Source: an uncultured delta proteobacterium (GTDB lineage: Bacteria; Desulfobacterota; Binatia; Binatales; Binataceae). Taken from it: a stretch of DNA of 64,000 nucleotides. Under the pieces are notes generated by a model that saw only the letters and a list, made by a program, of their open reading frames with translations, was not told where the DNA came from and ran no database searches. Positions 22,194-31,232 of this stretch are shown here, one piece after another; position 1 is the stretch's first letter; every line of letters begins with the position of its first letter. The stretch covers positions 2,689,638-2,753,637 of the forward strand of contig CAVURG010000006.1 in assembly GCA_963743865.1 (NCBI GenBank), in the 5' to 3' direction. Position numbers and translations under genes: made by a program.

Positions 22194-23461
22194 CAGATGA
22201 TCCCCGCCGCGGCGAGTCCCGCGAGCTCCGCCTCCGACCGCCCGATTCTCTCGCCAAGAATCTTTTGATTGTGCTCGCCCAGCCGCGGCGCTCCGCGCAC
22301 GATTCGCCACGGCGTGCGCGTGAACCTGCACGGTGCACCGGGCATCCGTACTTCGCGGGCGGCGGAATGCTCGAGATCGATGAAAAATTTCCGCGCCTTG
22401 TATTGCTCGTTGCCCGCGACTTCGGCCGGGGAATGCACCGGGAAGCACGGCACGTGTTCCGCCTGCGCCTTTGCGAACACCTCGGCGCGGGTCTGCGTAG
22501 ATAGCCAGTCGATTACACCGGCTTCGATCGCGTCGATATGCGCGACGCGGCCCAGGATGGTGTCGAACAGCTCGCTATCCATCCACTCGGGATTGCCCAT
22601 CGCCTTTTTCGCGCCGCGCCAGAAGCGATCGGTGCCGGCGCTGAAGCTTACCCATCCATCCTTGCACGGATACACCCACTGCGCGGCCCTTTTGCGCCGG
22701 GTCGAGAGCCGCTGGAACGACGGCGAATCGGGCGTCTCATGAGAGTAAAAGCCGATATTGGGGCGAATCATGCTGATCATCGAAAACCACTGGCCGACGT
22801 CGACATGCTGCCCCGCGCCATTAGTCTTTCGGCTGTACAGTGCGCACATCGCGGCGGCCGCCGCTGTATAGCCAGTCAAATAGTCAGACTGCCTGCCGCC
22901 GAGCTTCAGCGGCGGTTGATTCGATGGATCGGTTACCTGATGCCACGGGGTCTCGTAGCCGACGCCGCTCATGTGCGTGGCGACCAGGTCGCCGCCGCGT
23001 AGATTCCGGTAGGGCGACTCGGCGCCAAAAAAAGTTATCGACACGACGATCAGCCTCGGAAATCGGGCCGTGAGCGTGCGCCAGTCAATCCCGAGCTTCT
23101 CGTTCAGTTCCGGACGATTCGGACTGAAAACAATGTCCGCCGGCGCGAGTAAATCGAGCGCAAGATCGCGCCCGCGCCGGTTTTCCAGGTCGATCGTCAC
23201 GCCGAGCTTGTTGCTGTTGAGGTAGAGATGCAGCCCGCCGGTTTCGGGGTCGGGCATCTCGTCGCGAAATGGTCCCAGCGCGCGTTCCCGCGATCCCGTT
23301 CGCGGCGGCTCGACCTTGACGACCTCGGCGCCGAAATCCGCGAACGACTTCGCGGCCATCGATGTGGCCAGAAAAGGCATCGTGTCGAGGCACGGCAGCT
23401 CGACGACCTTGAGGCCTTCGAGCGCGCGCGGCGGCTCGCGGAAGGGCTCGAAACGCGCCAT
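22193..23461 (-). CDS. CoA-transferase family III (CaiB/BaiF) protein
   Basis: LEGLKVVEL..., 422 aa, family III fold; tandem with 20985..22193. Confidence 0.75.
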   Translation of the reverse strand: MARFEPFREPPRALEGLKVVELPCLDTMPFLATSMAAKSFADFGAEVVKVEPPRTGSRERALGPFRDEMPDPETGGLHLYLNSNKLGVTIDLENRRGRDLALDLLAPADIVFSPNRPELNEKLGIDWRTLTARFPRLIVVSITFFGAESPYRNLRGGDLVATHMSGVGYETPWHQVTDPSNQPPLKLGGRQSDYLTGYTAAAAAMCALYSRKTNGAGQHVDVGQWFSMISMIRPNIGFYSHETPDSPSFQRLSTRRKRAAQWVYPCKDGWVSFSAGTDRFWRGAKKAMGNPEWMDSELFDTILGRVAHIDAIEAGVIDWLSTQTRAEVFAKAQAEHVPCFPVHSPAEVAGNEQYKARKFFIDLEHSAAREVRMPGAPCRFTRTPWRIVRGAPRLGEHNQKILGERIGRSEAELAGLAAAGII

Positions 23462-23463
23462 CG

Positions 23464-24156
23464 CTACTCGACCATTTCCGCTTTCAGATTGTCGAGGAGG
23501 CCGATCAACTCCGCCATCGAGCGGATCACGTAGTCGGGTTTGAAATACGGATGGGTCTGCAGGTATTTGAACGACGCCGAGCCGGTAGCGACCGCGACCG
23601 ACGCGCCGTAGCCCGCGCCGAGCGCGGCCATGATGTCGCGCGGCTCATCGCCAACGTACATGCAGGCGCGGGGAAGTATCGCCGCCTTGAGCGCGGTCTG
23701 CTTGAGGCTCTCCGTCTTGTCCAGCGCTCGCAGCGAGCTCGTGGCCTGCGTGACGACCTGGTCCAGGTACGAGGCGAGCCCGACCATCGCGAGCTTCTCG
23801 ACCAGGCGGCGCGAATCACCCGGTCGGCTGGTGATCACCCCGGTCGCATAGCCGCGCCGTTTGAGTTCGGCCAGCGTATCCTGCACGTGCGGCAGCACCT
23901 CGAGACGCTCGGTCTTGTCAACTTCAGCCAGGAAGTACGCGTACGCGAGCTTCACGTACTCAGGCCTGAGATGCTCCGGCACTCCGAGCCATACGTCATC
24001 GCTGGAAAGCGCCTCGCGAAAGCGCTCATGGGTGAGCGGCGGCTCGTGGCCGAGTTCGTCGAGCGCGGTTTTCGCGGCGATATACAACGGGCCATGGATA
24101 TCGACCAGCGTGCCGTCGAGATCGAAAAAGACCGCCTTGAATTTGCGCGATGCCAC
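23464..24156 (-). CDS. HAD-superfamily hydrolase (phosphoglycolate phosphatase-like)
   Basis: Motif I FDLDGTL follows a GTG start at 24156; motif IV YVGDEPRD. The ORF track begins upstream at 24321. Confidence 0.7.
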   Translation of the reverse strand: MASRKFKAVFFDLDGTLVDIHGPLYIAAKTALDELGHEPPLTHERFREALSSDDVWLGVPEHLRPEYVKLAYAYFLAEVDKTERLEVLPHVQDTLAELKRRGYATGVITSRPGDSRRLVEKLAMVGLASYLDQVVTQATSSLRALDKTESLKQTALKAAILPRACMYVGDEPRDIMAALGAGYGASVAVATGSASFKYLQTHPYFKPDYVIRSMAELIGLLDNLKAEMVE

Positions 24157-24221
24157 CAAAATTCCTCGAGCTTCCCAACCGGAGTGTGTGGAGATGCCGA
24201 GCGAACTGTCAAGCGGGGCCG

Positions 24222-26339
24222 CTAGGGGCTGCGCTGATACAGCAGCAGATACTCGCGCCGGCCTCCGATCACTTTCTTTACGTACTCGCGCGTCTCCTTG
24301 TACGCGATATTCTCGACCCACTCGTCGTCAGCGCCGGGAAAATCGGCCAGCCACTTCGAAACCGCGTGCTCGCCCGCGTTATACGCCGCGACGGCCCGAA
24401 ACGCGTTACCGCCGAACATCTCCAGCAGGTTTTTCAAATAGGCCGTCCCCAACTCGACGTTAACCGAGGGATCGTAGAGACGGATCGCCTCGCTATCCAT
24501 GCCATGCTCGGACGCCATCTTCTTCGCCGTCGAGGGAATCAACTGCATCAGGCCGCGCGCGTTCGAACTCGACGTGGCATTGGGGTTAAACAAGCTCTCC
24601 TGGCGCGCCAACGCGAGCACCAGGTAAGGGTCCAGCGCGAGCCGGGTGGACGCGGACTCAAAGAGATCCCAGTACGCGCGCGGATAGCGGACCCGCTCGG
24701 CGACGGCATGGCTAATCTGCCCGTTTTTTTCCATATGCGTCGCAGCTACGATCGCGTCATACCACGCATCGGCGCTCGCCAGTCCGGCCAGCACGAAACG
24801 TCGCATCTCGATGGCGCCGCCGGCATGTGACTGGAGCGCCTTCAACTCGGCGGGCTCAAGTTCCTTGAGTCCCATCGCGCGCAGCGATTGAAGCCGCGCC
24901 AAGTGAAACTCGGCGACACCGGTAACGGCAGGCGCAGCGCCGGATTGTGGGTCCGGCGCCGACGCGGCCGGAAGATCGGGCCTGGCTGCCGCGACGCGCT
25001 GGCTGGCGAGTTCGGGATAGTAGTTGGTGTCGGTGCTATCGGCGAGTTTTGCGAAAATCGCGCGAGCATCGGTGGAATCGCCCGCGTTTTCCAGCGCTCG
25101 CGCACGCCAGTACTCGCACATGTCGAGATTGGTTGCGTCTTTCGCGCGAACGCCGGCAAGCTTGAATCCCGCTGCGGCGCTGCGGTAATTGCGCGCCAGA
25201 TAGAACGTCCAGGGTATGCGAAACCGCGCGTCCTCGGCGGAGTCGCTGCGGGGATAGCGCGCGGCCAGGCGTCGATATTGCGCACGGGCGGAATCAAGCC
25301 GGTGCTGTTCTTCGAAAATTCTGCCGACACGGAGCATCGCACCGGGCGCGCGCTCGCTGGCCGGAAAATTCGCGACGAGTCTGTTCAGCGCCGCACGTGC
25401 GAGGTCGTCTTGATCATCGTGCCAGTAGCTCAGCGCCAGCGCTTCAAGCGCAGCCGGCGCGTCCGGTCCGCGGGGCGCGATTCGCAGATAGTCGAGGATC
25501 GCGCGCCTGGCGCGGCCGGGTTCCGTTTTCAGCGCTCGCGCGGTCACCCACAGCAGTTCCGCGAGAACCGATTGCTCCGACGCCATCGCAAGCCCCGCGC
25601 TTGCCTGCTCCTGGGCCGCGGACAAATCGCCCTCGCGGAGCAGCAACTCGGACTCGTCGCGATGATAAGCGAGTGAAGCCGTGTCGGCGAGCTCGGGGTT
25701 CGACGCGAGGAGCGAATGAACAATCATGCGCGCCTCGCCGTCTGAGTCGGAGCGCGGATACTTGTCTCGCAGTTCCATCGCATCCGCATAGGCTGACTTC
25801 GGATTCCCGAGCGCGATGAGCGCGCGCGCTTGCGCGATGCGCGCGCGCTGCTCGATAGACGCTTCGGGCGTCCGCGCAATCAGCCGCGACCCGACGGCAG
25901 CGGCCTCGGCGTTGCGGCCGAGCTTCAGCAGATTGTCCGCCAGGATAATCTCGCCGCGATCGACCATCACGCCATCCGGATACGACCTGACCAGCCGATC
26001 GAGCGTGTCCGCCGAGGCGTTCAGATCGCCCTGGTCGTGCTGAGCGAGTGCAAGATAGAAGAGCGCATAGTCGCCGAGCGCGGGAAAATTGTCGGCTGCA
26101 AATTTGAGACGATCGATCGCACGTGAATTGTCGTGGTTCTGATACGCGCGATAGCCGTCGAGGAATGCCGCCTGTGCGTCGGACGGCGGCTCGATGGGCG
26201 CGGCGATAGGACCGGCTGGTGGCGCGGCTTGCGAGGACGCGGCCGCTGAATCGGCACGCGCGGGCGCCGACGCGCATCCTGCGAGCAGCATCGCGAACAG
26301 AATCACCAGCGCGCCATCGCGCCACCATTTCGCTATCAT
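24222..26339 (-). CDS. soluble lytic murein transglycosylase (Slt70-like)
   Basis: Signal peptide MIAKWWRDGALVILFAMLLAGCASA, long superhelical N-terminal region, C-terminal SLT domain (ESLFNPNATSSSNARGLMQL...AYNAG). Confidence 0.8.
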   Translation of the reverse strand: MIAKWWRDGALVILFAMLLAGCASAPARADSAAASSQAAPPAGPIAAPIEPPSDAQAAFLDGYRAYQNHDNSRAIDRLKFAADNFPALGDYALFYLALAQHDQGDLNASADTLDRLVRSYPDGVMVDRGEIILADNLLKLGRNAEAAAVGSRLIARTPEASIEQRARIAQARALIALGNPKSAYADAMELRDKYPRSDSDGEARMIVHSLLASNPELADTASLAYHRDESELLLREGDLSAAQEQASAGLAMASEQSVLAELLWVTARALKTEPGRARRAILDYLRIAPRGPDAPAALEALALSYWHDDQDDLARAALNRLVANFPASERAPGAMLRVGRIFEEQHRLDSARAQYRRLAARYPRSDSAEDARFRIPWTFYLARNYRSAAAGFKLAGVRAKDATNLDMCEYWRARALENAGDSTDARAIFAKLADSTDTNYYPELASQRVAAARPDLPAASAPDPQSGAAPAVTGVAEFHLARLQSLRAMGLKELEPAELKALQSHAGGAIEMRRFVLAGLASADAWYDAIVAATHMEKNGQISHAVAERVRYPRAYWDLFESASTRLALDPYLVLALARQESLFNPNATSSSNARGLMQLIPSTAKKMASEHGMDSEAIRLYDPSVNVELGTAYLKNLLEMFGGNAFRAVAAYNAGEHAVSKWLADFPGADDEWVENIAYKETREYVKKVIGGRREYLLLYQRSP

Positions 26340-26465
26340 CTGATCTTGGTTAGCGCATGCTGGAAGCGTCTTCAATTGGAAGGTAGTTCTCCGGCGCGAC
26401 ATCGGAGCGCCGTCAGACAACTGAAAAACCGTCAGACAACTGAAAACCGTCAGGCAACTTAATAA

Positions 26466-27047
26466 ATGGCCGATTCAACCAAAGTGATTCTTGCCTCGGC
26501 GTCGCCGCGGCGCCGTCAATTGTTGGGGGCAGCGGGAATTTCGTTCGAGGTTATCGAAAGTTTCGTGCCCGAGCGGCGCCTCGCGGGCGAGCCGGCGCGC
26601 GACTACGCGCTCAGGATGGCGCGGGAAAAGGCGGGCGCGGTTTCATCGCGGCTCCCGGAAGCGATTGTGATCGGCGCCGACACCATCGTGATGTGCGAGA
26701 CTCAAATTCTGGAAAAGCCCGCCCATCCCGAGGACGCGCGCCGGATGCTCGAGATGCTCTCCGGGCGCACTCACACGGTCGTGACTGCGTTTGCATTGGC
26801 GCGCGGCGGAAGCGTCCTGGAGAGTTCGCCGGTCGAGAGCCGGGTCACTTTTCGCAAACTGTCCAAGGCCGAAATCGACGATTACATCGCCACCGAGGAA
26901 CCATTCGACAAGGCCGGGGCGTACGGAATTCAGGGCGTTGGCGGTGGATTTATTTCCCACGTCGAAGGATCGCGCGACAACGTGATGGGCCTGCCGACCG
27001 AGCGCGTCGTCGCGGCGCTGGCGCGATGGGGCGTGAAGCCCGCTTAG
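26466..27047 (+). CDS. maf: Maf-like nucleoside triphosphate pyrophosphatase
   Basis: [14 protein letters not shown]-terminus; 193 aa. Confidence 0.85.
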   Translation: MADSTKVILASASPRRRQLLGAAGISFEVIESFVPERRLAGEPARDYALRMAREKAGAVSSRLPEAIVIGADTIVMCETQILEKPAHPEDARRMLEMLSGRTHTVVTAFALARGGSVLESSPVESRVTFRKLSKAEIDDYIATEEPFDKAGAYGIQGVGGGFISHVEGSRDNVMGLPTERVVAALARWGVKPA

Positions 27048-27062
27048 CCGAGGTCGCGGGAA

Positions 27063-27752
27063 ATGTCGATCGGCAATGAAATCGAACGGCGGCTGGAGAT
27101 CGTGCGAGCGCGGATCGCCGCGGCTGCCCGCCGCGCCGGCCGCGATCCCGCCTCGATTCGGCTCGTGCTCGCGAGCAAGACGCAGCCAAGCGAGGCGATT
27201 CGCGCCGCAACGCGGGCAGGCGCGCGCGATTTCGGCGAGAATTATGTCCAGGAGGCGATTGCGAAGCGCGCCGAGCTGGCGGACTTGCCCGAAATTCGAT
27301 GGCATCTGATCGGCCATCTGCAAACCAACAAGGCAAAGGCGGCGGCGCGCGCATTCGCGCTCATCCACAGTGTCGATTCGGTCCGCCTGGCCGAGGCGCT
27401 GGGGCGGGCGCAACCGTCGCCGCGCGTCCGCGCGCTCATCGAAGTGAATCTCGGCGCCGAGGCGAGCAAGAGCGGAGTCGCGCCCGACGGCATCACCGCC
27501 ATTTTGGATGCTGCCCCCGGAAAAATCGAAATCGAGGGCCTGATGACGATTCCGCCGCCCGCCGCCAGCGCCGAGACGACGCGTCCCTACTTCGTGCGGT
27601 TGCGCGAGATGCGCGATCGCCTTGCAGTGCAATCGGGCCTTGCGCTAAGCGAACTCTCGATGGGCATGACCGACGACTTCGAAATCGCCATCGAGGAAGG
27701 CGCGACGATCGTGCGGATCGGACGCGCGGTCTTCGGCGAACGCACGGCGTGA
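27063..27752 (+). CDS. yggS: YggS-family PLP homeostasis protein
   Basis: [11 protein letters not shown] motif; 229 aa. Confidence 0.85.
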   Translation: MSIGNEIERRLEIVRARIAAAARRAGRDPASIRLVLASKTQPSEAIRAATRAGARDFGENYVQEAIAKRAELADLPEIRWHLIGHLQTNKAKAAARAFALIHSVDSVRLAEALGRAQPSPRVRALIEVNLGAEASKSGVAPDGITAILDAAPGKIEIEGLMTIPPPAASAETTRPYFVRLREMRDRLAVQSGLALSELSMGMTDDFEIAIEEGATIVRIGRAVFGERTA

Positions 27753-27772
27753 AAACGTGAGAACGTGAAAGA

Positions 27773-28612
27773 ATGAAAAAACTCGGATTCATCGGCGGCG
27801 GCAACATGGCCGAGGCGCTCGCGCACGGCCTTATCGCGCACAAGGTTTTCAAGCCGGCCGAAATTATTGTGTCCGACGTTGCGCCGGAGCGCCGGCGCAA
27901 ACTGGCCCGCGCGCTCAAGCTCGCGACGACCGACGACAATGCCGAGGTCGTGCGCGAGGCCGGAGCCGTCGTGCTCGCCGTCAAGCCGCAAACGATCGAC
28001 GCGGTGATGGCGGAAATCGCGGCCGAACTGGCGAAAGCGCGCGGAAAAGCGGCCGGCAGGGGCAAGCTGTTCGTTTCGATTGCGGCCGGCGTGACGATCG
28101 CGCGGCTGACGCGCGGGCTCGGCAAGCGCGCGCGAGTGATCCGCGTGATGCCGAACGCACCCGCGATGGTGGGCCACGGGATGGCGGCGATGGTGCGCGG
28201 GCGCGGAGCGTCGGCGGGTGACGAGGCGTTCGCGCTGCGCATTTTCAGGGCGGTAGGCGACGCCGTCGCGCTCAAGGACGAAAAGCTCCTGGACGTGGTC
28301 ACGGCGCTCTCGGGCAGCGGCCCCGCTTACGTTTACCTGTTCGCCAAGGCGATGGCGGATGCGGCGGTGAGCGAGGGAATCCCGCGCGAACTGGCTTTAC
28401 GGATGGCGCTGAAGACGATTCGTGGCGCCGAACAGCTGATGCGCGAGTCCAAACGCGAGGTCGGCGATTTGATTGCGGCGGTCGCTTCGCCGGGCGGCAC
28501 AACCGAGGCCGCGCTGCGCCGGTTCGCCGAGCATGGGTTTTCTGATATCGTGGCCGCCGCATTGCACGCCGCCAGCGATCGCTCGCGCGAACTTGGCCGC
28601 GGAATCAACTAG
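27773..28612 (+). CDS. proC: pyrroline-5-carboxylate reductase
   Basis: LGFIGGGNMAEAL Rossmann N-terminus; GGTTEAAL C-terminal motif. Confidence 0.85.
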   Translation: MKKLGFIGGGNMAEALAHGLIAHKVFKPAEIIVSDVAPERRRKLARALKLATTDDNAEVVREAGAVVLAVKPQTIDAVMAEIAAELAKARGKAAGRGKLFVSIAAGVTIARLTRGLGKRARVIRVMPNAPAMVGHGMAAMVRGRGASAGDEAFALRIFRAVGDAVALKDEKLLDVVTALSGSGPAYVYLFAKAMADAAVSEGIPRELALRMALKTIRGAEQLMRESKREVGDLIAAVASPGGTTEAALRRFAEHGFSDIVAAALHAASDRSRELGRGIN

Positions 28613-28627
28613 CGGGAGCGCTATCGC

Positions 28628-28930
28628 GTGTACGCCTGGACCAACCTGATCATCTTCGTCGCGCAGACCCTCGACAGTTTGCTGACGCTCTATTTGTACG
28701 TCGTGATCATTTCCGCGTTGATGACGTGGATCGAGCCGAATCCGTACAATCCGATCGTCCGCTTCATCTATTCGATCACGGAGCCGATCTTCGAATGGTT
28801 CCGCGAGCATGTCCCGGTGGTCTTCGGCGGAATCGATTTTTCACCGCTGATCGTGATTGTCGTCATCCAGCTCATCCAGCGCGTGGTCATTCCGAGCGTG
28901 GTGCACGCGCTGATTCCCGTCTACGCGTGA
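28628..28930 (+). CDS. yggT: YggT family membrane protein
   Basis: 100 aa, two TM helices, YLYVVIISALMTW. Confidence 0.8.
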   Translation: MYAWTNLIIFVAQTLDSLLTLYLYVVIISALMTWIEPNPYNPIVRFIYSITEPIFEWFREHVPVVFGGIDFSPLIVIVVIQLIQRVVIPSVVHALIPVYA

Positions 28931-28969
28931 TTCCGGGCGGCAATCCGCCGGCGGGATACACGCCCTGGA

Positions 28970-29262
28970 TGCGAGTGGCCGACGGCGAGGTAACGATCGA
29001 AGTCACGGCTCGGCCGGGCGCCTCGCGCCGCGGCGTCATCGGCACGAGTGGAGAGCGCCTCGTCGTCGGCGTCCATTCAGGGCCGCAAAAAGGCAAAGCG
29101 AACGACGAACTGATCGAGTATCTTGCCGGCGAGCTGCGCGTGCCGCGCTCGGCGATCCTGATCGTTCGCGGGGCAACCTCGCGTCGCAAGACGATCCGAA
29201 TCGTTACGCATGACGCGGCCAAGGCGGCCTCGCGGCTGCGGCAGATTGGCAGACCAAAGTAG
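28970..29262 (+). CDS. yggU: DUF167 (YggU) protein
   Basis: RPGASRRGVIG...GKANDELIEYLA motif. Start chosen at the ATG inside ORF 28726..29262. Confidence 0.65.
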
Positions 29263-29313
29263 CGTCTGCCAGCGCGAACCAGGCGAATCGAAGGCGAACA
29301 ATCTGTGTTTCGG

Positions 29314-29342
29314 TTGACTGCGCTGCTCGTCGTGGTTAATTA
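29314..29342 (+). promoter_or_regulatory. candidate sigma70 promoter: TTGACT, 17 bp spacer, TAATTA
   Basis: Lies 47 nt upstream of the fmdB-like start. Confidence 0.25.
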
Positions 29343-29388
29343 AAGGGGTGGACGGTGGGAGTTTTCGATTAGCAGTCCCGGTTTTGCG

Positions 29389-29778
29389 ATGCCAATTTAC
29401 GAATACAAGTGCAACAAATGCGGCGTGTTCGAGGCGATGCAGGGGATCAAGGAATCTGCGCTCAAGAAATGTCCGACGTGCAACAGCAAGGTGGAGCGGC
29501 AGATGTCGCGCGGCTCGTTCATCCTGAAGGGCAGCGGATGGTACGCGACGGACTACGGCAAGAAGAGCAGCCCGAGCAGCACGGACTCGGATTCAACGGC
29601 GTCGCCGTCGACGCCCGCGACCAACGGTAGTACGGCGTCGTCGAACGATTCGCCGGCGAAGTCGGCGGGCGAGTCGAAGCCGGCGTCTGAGTCGAAATCG
29701 GCGTCATCGGAATCGAAAACGTCCTCGCGCTCGAAATCCTCATCCGAAAAATCAGTGTCAGCCAAATCCGCCGACTGA
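29389..29778 (+). CDS. FmdB-family zinc-ribbon protein with Ser-rich acidic tail
   Basis: MPIYEYKCNKCG...CPTCNS zinc ribbon (CxxC-N15-CxxC), followed by a low-complexity S/T/E/K tail. Confidence 0.8.
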   Translation: MPIYEYKCNKCGVFEAMQGIKESALKKCPTCNSKVERQMSRGSFILKGSGWYATDYGKKSSPSSTDSDSTASPSTPATNGSTASSNDSPAKSAGESKPASESKSASSESKTSSRSKSSSEKSVSAKSAD

Positions 29779-29979
29779 TCCTGTTCCCCACTAAATAATC
29801 AAGCGCATCCAGCCGTGGCGACCCTGCGGCGCAAGTGAGCGAGAGTGCCGCTTTGTGTCCGGGTTTTCTGGTGGGCCGTCGGAGACTCTAATTCAAGACC
29901 CGTGTTTGCGGCTGGTCGGCGCGGCGATTATGCTCCCTAACCAGCGGCGTGGGACTTTCGCACGGGGAGGTAAAGGGAC

Positions 29980-30300
29980 GTGAAGAAAAGCAGGATCGTC
30001 CTTTGCGGCCTCGCGCTGGCCGGTTGTCTGTGGGCTGGCTCGGCCAAGGCACAGGATCAACCACCAGCGTACATGAATCCAATTCCCAACGGTGGTTATA
30101 TGGTCACGCAACCCGGCGCGCGGCCCTACCAGCCACCGATCTACGTCAAGCCAATACCGAACGGCGGATACATGGTCACGCAACCCGGTGCTCAGCCATA
30201 TGAACCGCCCACGTATATCAGACCCATTCCCGGCGGCGCATTTCAGCCGGGTGTTCCTGGCAGGCGCACGTTTGATCTCCCCGAGGGCGGAGACCACTAA
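29980..30300 (+). CDS. small secreted protein with tandem P/G/Y-rich repeats (PIPNGGYMVTQPGA units)
   Basis: GTG start after GGGGAGG; signal peptide MKKSRIVLCGLALAGCLWAGSAKAQ; 72-bp DNA tandem repeat at 30061..30270 (about 2.9 copies). Confidence 0.6.
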   Translation: MKKSRIVLCGLALAGCLWAGSAKAQDQPPAYMNPIPNGGYMVTQPGARPYQPPIYVKPIPNGGYMVTQPGAQPYEPPTYIRPIPGGAFQPGVPGRRTFDLPEGGDH

Positions 30301-30315
30301 TCACCCGGTTCGACT

Positions 30316-30621
30316 ATGAGCATCCGCCATGCTGCCGCGCTTGCGGTTGTGGGCTGGTATCTGATGCTGGCGCCCAAAACGTTAGACACACCGCTTGCGT
30401 TTGACGAAAGCGCACCATTGAGCAAATGGAGCATCGTCGGCTCCTATGACTCGGCGAGTGATTGCAACGAGGGCAGGAACTATATTCCAAAGGGTTTGTT
30501 GCAACTAGCTAATGGTGAATCTGACGAGGGCAAGAAGAACCAGCTTACGCAGCAGGCGGTTAGCCTCGCAGGAGCTTACCTGTGCATCGCGACCGACGAT
30601 CCGCGCCTCAAGGGGAAGTAA
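30316..30621 (+). CDS. small protein A1 with N-terminal hydrophobic segment, two Cys and a C-terminal CIATDDPRLKGK motif
   Basis: 101 aa; paralog of 30851..31228 (shared RHAAALAxVGWYL N-terminus, W.I..SYD....C..R, LCIATDDPRLKG). Confidence 0.55.
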   Translation: MSIRHAAALAVVGWYLMLAPKTLDTPLAFDESAPLSKWSIVGSYDSASDCNEGRNYIPKGLLQLANGESDEGKKNQLTQQAVSLAGAYLCIATDDPRLKGK

Positions 30622-30623
30622 CG

Positions 30624-30854
30624 ATGGGAGACAAAATTAATTGCGTAGTCGTCAACAAACGACCGGTGGGGCCGCTGATATTCGGCGCAATAAAGGACGC
30701 TCTCTCGGACGCCAAAATCCGATTCACTCATGATTCTCTTGAGGATGCATTCCTGTTCTTCATCAGTGCCGATTACTTCCCGAAGGCGCGCGCAGTTTTC
30801 GACAAACTGAAGAACGATGGCAAAATTGATAATTTCGAGGTCAAGGAGAAGTGA
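30624..30854 (+). CDS. small cytoplasmic-type protein B (77 aa), unknown function
   Basis: Internal Met of ORF 30582..30854, placed 2 nt after the A1 stop, with a 4-nt overlap onto A2. Confidence 0.45.
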   Translation: MGDKINCVVVNKRPVGPLIFGAIKDALSDAKIRFTHDSLEDAFLFFISADYFPKARAVFDKLKNDGKIDNFEVKEK

Positions 30855-31228
30855 TCCCCCGTCATGCAGCCGCGCTCGCGCTTGTGGGCTGGTATCTGAT
30901 TGTGCCGCCGCGAGGGATCAAATCGAATGGGGTGCTGCTCCAGCCCGACATAAAGAGGCTGGAAGAAGCCATCCAGAACGGTACCGCTGAGGTAGCCCCC
31001 GATCCAACACAGCCTTACTCAGATTGGAAGATTATGTCGTCGTACGATACCGGGGGGCAGTGCGAGCAAGAGAGGAGCAAGTACCATAAGATTGCGACTT
31101 ACGCGAAGGAGAGGGAATATCGCGATGCGAAAGGCCAACCTCTCTCGGATCAGATCAAGATTTCTACCGAGCAATACGAGTTTGCGCTTTGCATCGCGAC
31201 CGACGATCCGCGCCTAAAAGGAGACTAA
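30851..31228 (+). CDS. small protein A2, paralog of A1
   Basis: 125 aa; same N-terminal segment and the C-terminal FALCIATDDPRLKGD. Confidence 0.55.
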   Translation: MIPRHAAALALVGWYLIVPPRGIKSNGVLLQPDIKRLEEAIQNGTAEVAPDPTQPYSDWKIMSSYDTGGQCEQERSKYHKIATYAKEREYRDAKGQPLSDQIKISTEQYEFALCIATDDPRLKGD

Positions 31229-31232
31229 TACC

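Noticed and set aside
30290-30330. GGTTCGACT (T-arm-like) string, checked as a possible tRNA
   Set aside because: No acceptor, D or anticodon stem partners in the flanking sequence. It lies in the 15-nt gap between the repeat-protein stop and the A1 start.
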